Assembly: GCF_052425735.1 (NCBI RefSeq)
Contig: NC_135765.1
Location: 31,558,001-31,622,000 of the forward strand
DNA length: 64,000 nt
Source of the DNA: Oculina patagonica
Taxonomy: Eukaryota
Reading direction: 5' to 3'
Positions 32,045 through 45,600 of this stretch are shown here, one piece after another (the stretch's first letter is position 1; each line of letters opens with the position of its first letter). The notes under the pieces were generated by a model, which saw nothing but the letters and a program-made list of their open reading frames with translations, made no database searches and was not told where the DNA came from. The position numbers were made by a program, and so were the translations under genes.

Positions 32045-35000
32045 CTAAGAATTCTTGTTTATCGATAATGTCCTCTTTATCCGTACCGGTGTACCAGACC
32101 TCCCGGGTTTTAGCGAGTTCCTCTTCCCTCTATGTCTTTCACCAGGAGATCGTGTTACCTCTCTTCCCGCCAACTCTTTCTCCAGGCTCGCTAAAAATTA
32201 AAATAAAATTTAACATAAAGTAAAATTTATTTTACAAGTTAAGATCCAGGGTGCTTACCATTTGTAGTTCCGAATATACCGAACAAAAGGATTACAACAG
32301 TATTACAAAAGAAATATACAAATAGTAAAAAAGTAATATATAAAAATATATTAAAATATGATAGCGAAACTACATTCAAATTGACTAATTGTAAAGCTCG
32401 CTCCTCTTGATTGCGCTTACCCTTAATTAAACTATCTTCATTTTCTTACTAAATTTACCCTCGATAACTCGAACTCCCGATATCTCGAACCTTTTACGAT
32501 TTCCCTTGAAGGTTCGAGTTATCGGGATTCGACTGTACCAGGCGTTCCGTCCCGCTAACTCTTTAAAAAGGGCCTAGATACAGAAGATTCGTTCAAATGG
32601 TAAGAAAATTTGCGACGTTCTGTTCCGAACGGAAAAACGGGACTACCTCTGCAAATAATCCACAATTTCGAACGGATTTTTTGGAAAATTACCTTTCCAG
32701 TTGACTTCAAACAAAAAATTTCCAGATTTTTTGGCTCAGTGGTAAGTACCTCCAGTGACTGACCTTCGGGATATTTATTTGTTTGTTTTGAAAGTTACAC
32801 GAATAATTGCTTTGCTTCCTTAACTGTATATTGAGTTTCATGAGTGATAGAAAAATATATATTTTCACAAAATATTACCAAGAAAATCATCCGTGACAAT
32901 TCTTTTGTCGGTCAACAGAGGTTTGTAAGTTGATTTTCCATTTTCCTCTGCAAATAAAACGAAATACGAAGAACAAAATTTAAATCAGATTTTAAATCTG
33001 ACAGTTTTACATTTTACAGTAACGTTGCAAGTCGCTTATTGGTTGTTATAGTGCCTGGGAAATAATGCGAAAATGTGCTCTGGAAAAAAATTTCTTTCAA
33101 TTTTCTGTAAAACGACAAAGCTGAATACATTCAAATTCTTAGTTTGAACATGTTGTAAAACAACCTGTAAATGCTGTTATCACAGTGACCACTGCAAGTG
33201 CAATATGCCATTTAAGGTCATTGCCCTGTATTGCATTGCACATCCTTTCTGTGCAGAATTTTACACGCGCACATAAAATGGCGCTTTTTTCTATGCGACT
33301 TAGTCCGCGAGAAAAATAAATCGTCTCTTTCTCGTAAAGAAGTATGGTGACCTATCAGTTTTTTCTCATATTTTGTGTGTAGCGATCAAGTTCTTTCTGT
33401 AAAACGAAACAGATCAATTCCTATGTTTGAAAAATAAATTATCACTGGAAATGTGTACTTTGCCAGGGGTATATACAAGGTCCTCGTGCTCCTAAACGAA
33501 TACGGGGACTCCACTTTTTTATTCAAAATTTAAGTCCCCTTGAGGTAATCAACAAGCAGGCAAAGTTTGGTTGAAAATCTATGTTCTGTTCTATTTCGGG
33601 GCAATAATCTCAATACATCATTTTAGAACTGGAAATTGCACATTGTTGCAAGCAGTAACTTACTTTCCATCTGTATGAGAACGTATTTCTCTCTGGGTTT
33701 CAAGTAATTTGTCGCATAAGATTCCTGAGGTTGGTGGGGTAAATACTTTGGATGACCAGTTACTTCACATAGATCAACTTGAGCTAAGAACAGAAGCACA
33801 GAGGTTAATCGCTAGTTTAGAATGCAAATTTCATAGCAATTTAATAATATCGAAGTAATCACAGCTTATCATAGGCTCGATTTTCAGCCGCTCGAGAAGG
33901 CAGCAGAAATCGAGCCTAAGTTAATCATCGCGGCGGCAAATAGCGTAATAGACCATTCAGAACGTTAAAGCAAAAATTATGCAACCGGTGTTAAAGCTGG
34001 GGAGCATGTAACAGCCCACAAGCGAGTGCACACATCTAAACAGAGGAAATAATGAGGAAAACATAAAACCGGCCACAAACGCGGGAAATCATGTAACCTG
34101 TGGCAAACGCGGGAAAACATGTAACTTGGGGTAAGCGCGAGAAAACATATAACATGTGGCGAGCGCGAGAAAACATGCAACCTGTAGCAAGCGCGGGAAA
34201 ACATGTAACTTGTAGCAAGCGCGGGAAAACATTTAACCTGCGGCAAGAGCGGGAAAACATGTAACCACAGTCGAGTGACTGTGATGTAACCTACGGTAAG
34301 CGCGGGAAACTTTCGCTGAGTCGGCCAAATTACGATCGGTTTTGTCGCAGTAGTTGATTGGCTTAGAAGAAAAGATCTTCGCTTCGATTGGTTGAGTATT
34401 GTGCTATTACCATGATGGCTAACTCTCATTTGGAACAATTCGACATCAGTTTCAATTTCCAATGTCAGTTCCAATTTCTCACCTTGCATTTCACACTTGC
34501 ACTGCTGTTTGATGCAGTTTAGTAATAACTTGATCCTGCAATCTGTGTTAAACAGTGCCTCTTCTTTTTCTACAAAGTATGGAAACACCTGCTTTTAGCA
34601 TTTTTGGCTGTGATCACTTCCGGGACGTCGGCTCCACTAAGGGTCTTTTTTTTTTCAAATAAGTGGTAGGCAGGTTAACCCATGAAAAATGTTATCGTTG
34701 AATATCTAAAGGAAGATATAACCTTATTTTGCGGAGAGAAATCAAATCACGGCTATTAATTTATCGATTTTTGTGATCATGAAGACGTGCGGAAACAACT
34801 TGAAATAATTTTTCTTAATTTTTCAAGTTGTAATCCATGAAAGTTTCAGTGCCACACAAATATATATTTTGGTTGTTCAAAAATCTGTTAAAATCCGTGA
34901 TAAAGCCGCTTTAAATTGTCTGTACATGGCACTTAGGGGACCAAACAACTTCAATCTGGAAGTTGACTTTGGATTAAGAGAGTAGTCCCAATCCACAAAA

Positions 35001-36798
35001 CAGTGGAAAAGAAATTGGGACGTTTCCCCACGCATCAATCAAGTGTTAAATAGTTCTGTAAATTGCCCGTTATTTTATGTACAAAGTCAGCAGTCATTTC
35101 CACAACTGTCTCTTGACTGTTTGCTTTCCTAATGGCCGCCTTTTCTCATAGTAACCACCGTGATATAACACTGCATAATTACAGCACAAATGGACTTTAA
35201 AAATAGCCATTTTAAAAACAAATATTGACCGTTTTAATTACTGGTTTACAAGGCAATAACGTCCAAGAAATTTTGAAATCAAATTGCAAATGTGGAAGAT
35301 GTCATTGTTTATTAGTAATATCATCTTTAGTAGCTTGGGCTGTCATCGTAGAGAATATAATAACAACCTCGATGTACTTCAATCATTTGCTAAATGTCTA
35401 AATCACTTGCTAATATTTCTTTAAGGTTTTGAGCGACCTACGCTTGACAAATTATTAGAAACTTCACCCAACATTGAATACATGCTCTTGTCTGGTGCAA
35501 CTTTGACGAATAAGCCCATGCAAGTGGACTTATTTACAATACAGTGACTTAATTACAATGGCTTACTTAATATTTACTGATTTGCTTCATATTTCCTAGC
35601 CTGCGAAGAGGGGGGCAAAGGGTTTATGCGTGACACGTGAAAAGGGCAAAAATTAGACCGTGACGCGTGAAAAATAGTAAGAAAAGAAACGTGATCCGTG
35701 AATTCTGCTGTTTCAAGTATACGTGACACGTGAATTTGGTTAAAACTTGTGCGTGAAACGGGATCACGAACCCCCCTTTGGTACCCTCTGCGAACACAGA
35801 CGGATTTCGTGAAACAAGAGCCTGACTGAGTCCGCCCGCGTTCGCCGGCTTCCTCTGCTTCTTGTTGCCGTGAAGTTCTCAAAATTTACTTCGATCGATC
35901 TACTTCAACTGGCAACACAAGGAAACATGTTTCCAGAAACATTCGTAGCGAGCGCATGTTTCCCCAATATTTCCCCGCCATTTTTGCCATCCGGGAAGCA
36001 TTGTTTCCAGCGTCAATTTTTGTCTTCAAGAAGCACAATTTGCTTTTGCTACACTACAGAAACATTTCATGTTACCGCGCGGCATTGAACCATGACAAAA
36101 CGAGGAAACAATGATGAAAACATGTTTCCCCGTTTTGCCGTTCCTTTAAGGTATCTGTACCAGCAGATTATCCAGACATTGGGTCCTCAAAACCTATGTG
36201 CAGTAAGCTTAGGCCCGGTTCAGACGCCGATCTTTTCATGAGCCGAACCTAATTCCTTGAATTAAGTACATGAAAAGATCGGCGTCTGAATCAAATTAGA
36301 ATGGCTATTTCAATTTGGAACGGCTCACCCGTTCTTCCCGCCTGGCTTGGCCGAGAATTTCGCCTGTGGAACGCCTTTGGAACGGCTTTGATTCAGACGC
36401 CGTACTTTTCATGTGCCGATCCTAATTCATAAAATATTATAATGTATTTTGACTGGTTTTATGTGAACTGTATTAGGAACGGCCTCGGAACGGCCAAAAA
36501 GTCTGACGGCGTCTGAATCAAGAGGCGTACTTTTGTCAATTTGGGTCGGTCCAAATTCGAATTGAGTTCGGCTCATGAAAAGTACGGCGTCTGAACCGGG
36601 CCTAAGATGGCCAAAGATTCATAAATGGTTTTGTTTTTAAAATTTACCTTCGCGTTGAAGCCTGAAAAATCGCTCTTCAAAATTACTCCATTTATCGATA
36701 TTCAGACAAAATAGTCAGTTTAGAGTTTCATTAATCAAGGTCTGTTTTATAAATAAATTCCTGATCAACTTACCTCCATATATAACTGTGATAAACAT
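32045..36798 (-). CDS. CXorf65/C22orf15-like uncharacterised protein, 5 exons, 148 aa
   Basis: Exons 36798-36774 (MFITVIYG), 34569-34483 (EEALFNTDCRIKLLLNCIK), 33783-33664 (VDLCEVTG..YATNYLKPREKYVLI), 32947-32879 (YKPLL), 32190-32045; 447 nt in frame; basic C-terminal tail. Matches the recalled CXorf65 pattern. Confidence 0.8.
34040..34312. repeat. Minisatellite-like array of about 29-bp units (CAAGCGCGGGAAAACATGTAAC core)
   Basis: About 8-9 imperfect tandem units within an intron. Confidence 0.8.
36212..36602. mobile_element. PIF/Harbinger-type MITE
   Basis: TTA|GGCCCGGTTCAGACGCCG...CGGCGTCTGAACCGGGCC|TAA with long TIRs. Confidence 0.8.
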
Positions 36799-37617
36799 CT
36801 TGCAGCTTCTAAAACAGCACTAAACGCGCTTAGCGCCTCAAACCCGTAAAAACTAATTTCATCCAACGAGCTAATCATTGTTATTAACGCAATTAAGCCC
36901 GCTAGCCTCTGTTGGCAACGATGTGATAATTAATTTCTTTATAAACAATCTTTCTGAAAATTGCTTTCATCTACAAAAGCTTGAAAGAAATTCAAAAACT
37001 ACTGAAAATCTGAATCTCGATTGTAACAACATATTAACCGAGTTGTTCAAAGTATTTATGTCTAAGTCAACCCTCGCCCATTCAGTTTAAAATTCTTTCA
37101 AACATTAGTGTAATTCATAGCGGAAATCTTGTTGACTTTTTAAAACCGTTTTAATCACTTTAATTTTAAAAGGATTAGACACAAGTTTGGCGACAGAATT
37201 CCTGATAAGCCTTAAGAATTAAGGTGACTTTTATTCAAAATTCCTTTACACAAATAGAGAGTAATTTGTGATATTGATCGTGCTTAAGTACACAGTTATT
37301 AAACCTATGTTCCCTAAATTATTACGACTACAGGGCAAAGAATGAAATATTTACTGGTAAAATGAAGTAGATTTTTTGTAAAACTGTTTAACTGGAACTT
37401 TCATAAGTGGACAAGTGAGATGAAAAGTGCTTGAATCTCGCAGCGAAAACCGTGTCTCTCGGCTTTGCTTAACAACAGCAATACTTTATTTTTACAAAAA
37501 CAAGAGAAACTGTCGTAACAACCTGCAAATAAATACACCTTATTCGATGGTTTAACATAAAATATGTGCAGATATTTTGCTTGTTAAAGAAAGGCTTCGA
37601 CATTTTTGTTGTCTAGG

Positions 37618-40458
37618 TCAATCTGCAGAGCTGTTTATATTTCCGATGCGATTGAAACGTAACCATGGAAACACTTTCTTAAACGCCTTTCTGAACTTCC
37701 GGTAGGTCAGAGTGTAAATAAATGGGTTGCAACCGCTGTTCAGCATGGCCAGTGTCGTGGTGATAGTGAAAAAGCTGTCGGGGAATGGGCACGAGCCGTT
37801 TGTAAATGTTAAACACGTGATTCCAATGAAATGAGGCAGCCAGCACAGAACAAATGTTCCATTAACAACAAGTAGAGTAAGAACGACTTTCATGTCTTTC
37901 CTAAAGAGCAAAGAAAAAAATCAACTTAATGAGAATGCCATAAGGTTTAGCCCTTGTAGTAGTAAAGCCTTTTCATGCAATTGGCTCATCGGCTCTCCGC
38001 GTTTACCTCCAGTTGCCGTAGGCAAAAAGGGAGTGACTATTCGGCACTCAGTTCATGTACTGGGACTTCTTATTAGGCTAACTGGAGTGCTATTTAGGAT
38101 AACCGGAGTGCTAGTTAGGCTAACTGAATGCTATTTAGGCTAACCACAGTGTTGTTTCGTCAGTAATATTCTACATAAACTTAGTGTTACGTGGTATAAA
38201 TATGTCTCGCTACTGTCTCACAAAATCAACTGAGTGCCGTATAGTTAGTCCCTAGGCAAGAAGCGGCTTAGGAGTATTGCTACTTCCCCTGGATGGGATG
38301 CTAGTCCATCACAGGTTAATTCCCCAGCAATCTGTCAGGTTGCCCTAACAATTCGTAGGTACCCATTTATACACCTGAGTGGAGAGAGGCACTGTGAGAG
38401 AAAAGTGTCTTGCCCAAGAACACAATGTAGCGACCCCGGCAAGGGCTCGAACCCGAACTGTTCGATCCGCAGTCCAGCACACTGACCATTAGACCACCGC
38501 GTCCGGCCCACTTTATATCTTCTACAAGCGTTTAAAATGCTTGGGAAAAAGAACTTTAAAAAAAAGATGTTTATGTTAGGATTAACTTCAACGTAACAGA
38601 GAGGAAATGACTGAAAATACCTAATCCCACACACATTAAGTCGAGGTACGGGACTACGAAATCTCAAACTTACTTTCGCTCTAAAATAGCTCCAGTTTTC
38701 TCCTTATTCATCAACCGCACAGCCATCCATTCTTTCATGCGAGCCAAGTAACCAACAGATGCCGTACGCGCCTTTATAGAAGAAATCGGGCTTTCTTGTA
38801 GATCCTGTGTTTCGTTCTCATCTGAAATAATGCCCAATTTGGATTCAAACGAACCTTTTCTTGTCCATGCACTTTTCGAGCGAGAATGTGCGGGATTAAT
38901 TCGGGACATGGCACCCGCGGGATTGATAGTCACATTTCTTTCTGTGATAACGGAAAGTTTCACTTTCTTGGTTTGCGTGTTACTTTCTGTAAACTTTGCG
39001 GGATTTTCTCGAAACATCGCCCTTTCATCCCACATTCTTGTAACATTTGTTGATCTTTTCAGTATATGTTCAGGCCGAGTTGACTTGTTACTTATGATCG
39101 CCTGACCTTTTGCGTCGCTTGGACCAGATACGTCTGGTTCCTGATTGGATCCATTTAAAAAGTCATTTTTTGCTTTTTCTTGCTCTTTCTTTCGACTATC
39201 TATTTGTGTGTTTATCTCGGCTGTCACAACCATATCTCTGTTATTGGACGTCGGAGCTTTCAACGAGTTGTGGCAGTGACCGTTTCCTATTTGTTTCTCA
39301 TCAATTACAGCTAAATTTTTGACATCTTGTTTGTCATTGGTTTGATTATATGTTGCCATGTAACTGTGCTCAGCCTCGATCTCGCCAACCGTTGTCGTAG
39401 GCCTCTCGCGTGCCTGGTGACAAGCGACTTTCATGACACTTGCGTAACACATGAATGTCACGATCAGTGGAGTCACGAAACACGTCACGCAGAGGAAAAT
39501 CGTGTAGGGTATGTTGTACTCCCATTGGACAGTACAGATGAACTCGTAAGACAAATAAACGTACCTAAAATGTCGAAAAGAAAAATGATTTAACATACTC
39601 AAGACCAATATACTCTTTCCAATTGACTTGGCAGTGGCATTTTTCTTGGGTAAAAAATTAAGTCCTTGATACGAAAATTTCCTCCTATTTTTTTAGAAAA
39701 TGAAGAAGTTTTGTAAGCCTTTTAAAAATTGGAACAGTTTTGGAAATTGAAAAAAAAATCTGACATATTTTAAAGGAAACATGGAACACAAAAATGAGTA
39801 AAATAAATATTCCCCTCGTTCCACAACTGAAAAATGACTTGTTTCGAACAATCGTGGAAGAATATCATAAACAATGACAAAATGCATGAGCGTCCAAATG
39901 TTATGACGTCATATGTAATGTTGCTTAGCAACATTTATGCAAAAGACGCTGACCCAGTCAATTTCGGAGACAGAATTACGACAAATCACTGAATGAGTAA
40001 TTTTGTTACCATGGTTACCTTGACCATCCAAATACAGGAAAAAGCGCCACAACTAACGCCTGTGCCCAGATATACAGCAATACCATTCTCGCCCTCGAGA
40101 AAGTTAATAACGATTGGTGTCTCAGTGGGTAGACAATCACCAACCAACGGTCTAAACCAATGGCGGAAAGTGTTAACATGGAGGTGATGCAGAACAAAGA
40201 GTTTGTTACTCCACTTATGATGCACAAGGTGTCTCCAAAAATCCGAGCGTTATGAAAAGCTGAGGCGGCTATCAACGGCATTCCAAAGGAGGATTGTAAA
40301 AGGTCTGCCGCAGCGAGATTTGCGAGAAACATTCCAGTTATATCATGCAATGGACGATGACGAACTATCACGAATAAGGTGAGAAAGTTTCCTACCGAAC
40401 CGATAAGAGAAATGCCAATCATTATGACGCCAGTTATATAAGAGATATCGCCCGGCAT
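37618..40458 (-). CDS. Class A orphan GPCR copy 1 (GPR161/GPR101-like), 3 exons, about 537 aa
   Basis: Exons 40458-40019, 39564-38674, 37900-37618 (phase 2 introns). Motifs GN, NLAAADL, DRW, CWLPHF, NPFIY, FRKAF; long ICL3. Confidence 0.9.
38264..38507 (-). mobile_element. tRNA-derived SINE
   Basis: Same family as 2241-2557. Confidence 0.7.
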
Positions 40459-42641
40459 GGTGAGTGATACAACTACTTATTCCATGGCTTTGAATGTGAT
40501 ACTGCTCAATCGAAGACCACTGTTTCGTTATTGCTTGTTATTCCACAGTTGTCTTCGTTTTCATTTAAGGTGAAAATAGTCTGCGGACGGTTTATAAGTT
40601 CCATATTTTTCAGCGTGCTATAAGTTGCAATGTTTGCAATAAAGTGTTGTTGTTCTTCGAATACAGCGTTTTGTTTTAACTGTTTTAACGCCACGTCGTT
40701 TGATGCGTATTGTACATTTTCCAAGAGAAATCTTATTAATAGCGATACTTGTCGATCTTACAACGTCCACCACATTTTTTAAGAATGTGGAAAGTTCATT
40801 TGCAAGTAGGTGTCTACCACTCAAACTGTTATTGCGGAGAAATTTCCATTTAATTTTATTGTTTTCTGTAAGAAACAATCTTCTTCATTGGGTACTGAAA
40901 ACAGATGTTTCCGTTTGCGTCATATTAAAAAAGATAAATTGGCTTTTTTACGTTGTAAGTCTATATTGCTAAAATCGAAATCTTGTTGAAATTCTTAGCT
41001 TTTATAAGACGAACCCAGAATGGTTTCAGCTAGAGAGTTTATTTTTCAACGATTATACACTTTACTTTTACTTTACTTTTAAAAGCAGTATAATTGGTGC
41101 TTTTTGCTGCTCGCTGTGAACACGCAGGACGAGCTGACACTTCTCGTTCGGGTAATTGAATTTTATTGGTAAGCAAAACCCTTTCAAAATCTATGAAAAT
41201 TCCATTTACAGCAGGAAATAACAAAAGATACCGAGGAAAAACAAAACGAAGTTAACCAACATCTAAAAAAGCACTTTAATTGGCGCACTAAGCTATAAAA
41301 CGAAACACGACGGCTATCAGTGACAGCTTTTACAAATACACTTTTTCACGGATAAAAACATTTGTAAGCTGTTTTTATCTTATTGCCTTGGGCATTTTTT
41401 CAGTGAAATTAACTTCACACTCAATTAAAATACGTAATTATTTATAGAATTGACTGAGCCATCCGTTTACCCCAGATCTAGAATGGTTGCTAACACTGCT
41501 GATGACGCGTTCTAATAGCGACAAGCAGACGTCACAACTTTCAGTGATCGGGCTTTTTTTAATTGGATAATAAGAAACGAAAGATTTCGGGTTTTTCCAA
41601 CGAGTATTTACCAAACAACGATTAAAGTATTCGTATCATTTCCTTTCAAATATTCCTGAATCAACTTGTTTTTAGGCCATCTTGACGATAGCCGCCATGA
41701 TGGTTTTCGTATGGGCCTTATCATGGTTTTCGACGCCATCTTGACGAGTAGGCAAAGCGGGAAGAACTTTTACAGTGTTTGTATGGGAATCCGACGGAAA
41801 ATATCTTTTACAAAAATTGAATTCTGGACAACTTATGAATTGTTAAGTTAAGATACTAGGCAAAAGGTTTTATTCGAAGGATGTAGCTAGGCTAGAAAGC
41901 GTTCAGTTACGTTTTTAATCTCCCATACATTTGTCAACAATTTTTCCCGCGAACCGCGTCAATTTGCGGACACACGTCATTGTTCATCACCAGGCTCCAC
42001 CTGTGAGAATTTAATGACGTCAGCGGATTCACAATCTAAAGATTGTCGACTGGTGACGAACAAGCATGCACGTGGCTGAAGAGGAGATATTTTAGCGTTA
42101 ATGAAAAGAAGATCGAGGAAGAGCTATCGCTATTCCTGTACACTTGGGGACCTGGGGAGTAGGTTCTTTTTCTAGCAAGTTTCTGAACAAACACTTAGCA
42201 ATTTTAAGCACTGGCCAAACGGTAACGCAAGTAGTCGCAAGTTGAACTTGCGTACAGACTTCCGTTGGGTGGTCAAACGGACTCGCAAGTTTTGTCGCAA
42301 GTGCACGCAAGTCTGCAAAAAGTTATTTTTAAAGTTCACTAAAAATGCTACCAGGAGTTATTCAGTATTTGAAGTAAACTGCAGACTTGCAATGGGTGGC
42401 CTAACGTTGAAAAAATTGTGCAAATTTGATCTCGACCAAAGCGAACGCAAGTCAACGCAAGTGTACGAAAACGCAAGTTGAAAACTTGCGTCCACTTGAG
42501 TCCCCGTTTGGTCAGGGCTTTAGATACTTTATCAGTTCTCTTACCCAAAAATAAGGGCGAAAAAGTTCACTTGAAATTTAAAATTACAACTAATTAAAAT
42601 ATAATTATATAAGCTTGGAGGTTTTTCTGATGTTAGTTTAG

Positions 42642-45600
42642 TTAATTCACACTGGTTTCCATATTTCCTGTATGATCGGAACGAAAACATGGTAGCACTC
42701 TCTTAAACGCCTTTCTGAACTTCCGGTAGGTCAGAGTGTAAATAAATGGGTTGCAACCGCTGTTCAACATGGCCAGTGTCGTGGTGATAATGAAAAAACT
42801 GTCGGGAAATGGACACGAGCCGTCTGTGAACGTCAAACACATCATTCCAACAAAATGAGGCAGCCAGCAGATAATGAAGGTTCCATTCACAACAAGAAGG
42901 ATAAGGGCAACTTTCATCTCTTTCCTAAAAAAGCAAAAATAAACCTGTGAATCGATTAAATTCCGAAGCAAAGACATGAAGTCTCCAGTTAAGCGAAGTG
43001 CGAAAAAAAACTTGTGTGAGTGACACACGATTGGTGTTGGTTTTACTTCTGTCTGGTTGAGAAAGTGGCACGAGTTTTTATTACTAATTATAAAATGTCC
43101 GAGTAATTGCGCGCGCTGTGATTGGTCAGTTCCACTTCATTATAGCTCCATAAAGCACGCCGCATACGTCACGCGCGTGCTTTATTGAGTTATAATGCAC
43201 GCTGCTTACGTCACAAGTTTTAGCGCGCGCTATTTTTTTAAACATTTCATAAAAGAAATAAAACACTTTATTTTTTTCCAAGAGGGCACGGTAACGAATC
43301 CTGCAATCTGATTGGTTATTAGCGCGGGCAAGATTCTCCTATCTCTGCCCACGGGCCACGGTAACGCTTTCGTGAGTTTCATTTCGCGGCGAGACGAACG
43401 AACCCATGACAGTTTTGCTCTCCAAAATGATTTAAATCGATGTAGTTGCTCACCAACCGTTGTAAATTTGAAAGGGAAAATTAGCAGTGGAATTAAAGGC
43501 TTTGAAGTTCTCCGAAAGGCGAGTATTTATTCTCTTTAGTGACAAAATGAAGTTATAGTTTTATGGCCGTGGTTTGTCGATCGTTGTTTGTGCATTCGCA
43601 CTGATTTTCACGCCATTGCGGTTAACTGCAAATCGCCGGTTTACAGACTCGATTTATCCTTTCAAACACCTTGCTTCTCTGCTACTTTTCTCTAAAACCG
43701 AATACTGCTTATCGCCATTCAAGAAAATGAGATGCTTTATTAAAAAACAGTCAAATTAATTCTCGCAATATTGTGCCGTCACTGTGCAGGCGACCAAACT
43801 ACACATTTCAGCTTCATTCAGTTTCACTTTCGCAAACTTTTTGTCAAAACAGAATACTGTGGGAATCAACACAGAGGTTTTTGACTCGTTAAATACAAAT
43901 GTAAATAGCTAAGTGCTTTCCAGTCCGAAAAGTAAGTTTAATTAACTAAAGAACTCACAAGCCGAAATGGAGTTAAAAGTGTTTCGCAACTCGCTGATTG
44001 CTCTGTTCTACATTGTGCTTTTCTATTATTTCAGATGCTTTTTTTCTTTTTTTTTTTTTCAGATGAAATTTTCCTTGAGTACTGTTCATTTTAGTGAATT
44101 TATTTTGTTTGGCAGTAAGCTCTTATAGCAAACAGATCATTATTTACTCTTGCCGTAGCTTATGGCGATCGACTCAACATTGGATGCGCGCGTATATAAA
44201 TACAAACACATTTGGCAAGAAAGTCTTTGTAGGTTTTTTAGGTGTTTTTTAATCAAACACATTAAAGTAGGAAAAAAATAAATAAGTTATTTACCGGCTT
44301 AGGGTCGGTCCGTATAGTGAAAAAAACTGTGACCTCGGCCCGAGGTCACAGTTTTTCACTATACGGACCTCCCAGCCGGCAAATAACATATATTTATTTT
44401 TTTCTTTGTTCGTGAGCGGGCGGTATTCTACAAATCCTGCGATCTGATTGGTTCCGGGAGCGGGCGGTATTCTCCAATCCGGCCCGCTCACAGCGGGCGG
44501 TATCCGTTGCGAGATGAATCGTCGAGTGTGTTTTCCGCGCGAAATCATTTTGCAGCGTTGTACGAACGAAAACATGAAAGATTTGCTCTGTAAAATCGAA
44601 ATAGCTGCTCACCAGTCGTTGTGAATGAGAAAGGATAAAATAGAAGTGGAATTAAAGGCCTCGAAGTTCTTTCGAAAGGCGAGTATACATTTTTTTATCG
44701 ACAAAATCGAGTTCTAGTTTTATGCCGTAGTTTGTAGACGTTGTTTGTACATTTTGCATCATTTTAACGCCATTGCGGTAAGCTGCAAGCGCCGATTTTT
44801 AGACTTCAATTTATCGAGTAACAACTGCCTTGCTTTTCGGCCACTTTTTTGCGAAAACAAAACACTAGTTGACATCATTCAAGAAAATGAGGTTCTTTAA
44901 TTAAAAACAGTCAAAATAATTCTCGCAATATTGTGCCGTACTGTGCAGGCGACCAAACTACACATTTCGCTTCATTCAGTTTCACTTTCGCAACTGTTCA
45001 TCAAAAAGAAATCTGTTGGGAATCAACGCAGAGGTTTATTAATTCGTTAAAAACAAGTATGTTTAGCTGTACCGAAACTGTCTTTCCAGTCAGATAAGTA
45101 TTTTTTAGTCCGAGAATTACTATCCTACGAACACAATTCCATTCAAAACATTCATCAAGAAGCCGAAATGGATTTAAAAGTGTTCAGTTTTGTCAATGAT
45201 ATAAATGCTTTGCCTCGATTTTACATTTATGCCATATTTACTACTTCAATTTCTTTTATTGAATCTCTTCAGTTTCAATTTAATATGCTAAACCTTTCTG
45301 TTAGTTCGGTTCATTTAAGCGAGGTTATTTTATTTGGCCGAAGCTTAAATAACAAACAGGCAGCATTTTACACTCTTGCCTAATCACGTCGATCGACACA
45401 ACATTGAAATGACGCGCGTATATAAATACAAAGATATTTGTGAAGAAAATCTTCCTAGGTTTTTTAGGTGTTTTTTAATAAACAAATTAAAGTAGGAAAA
45501 AAATAAATAAGTTATTTACCAGCTTTGGGTCGGTCCGTATAGTGGGAAAAACTGTGCCCTCGGTCTTGGAACCGGTATCCAAGACCTCGGGCACAGTTTT

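Noticed and set aside
33977-34482. 203-aa ORF with CFPALAT repeats
   Set aside because: Read-through from a real exon into an intronic minisatellite.
41494-41546. Hammerhead-like CTGATGA-CGC..GCG with CACTG/CAGTG flanks
   Set aside because: GAAA core is disrupted; at most a dead relic.
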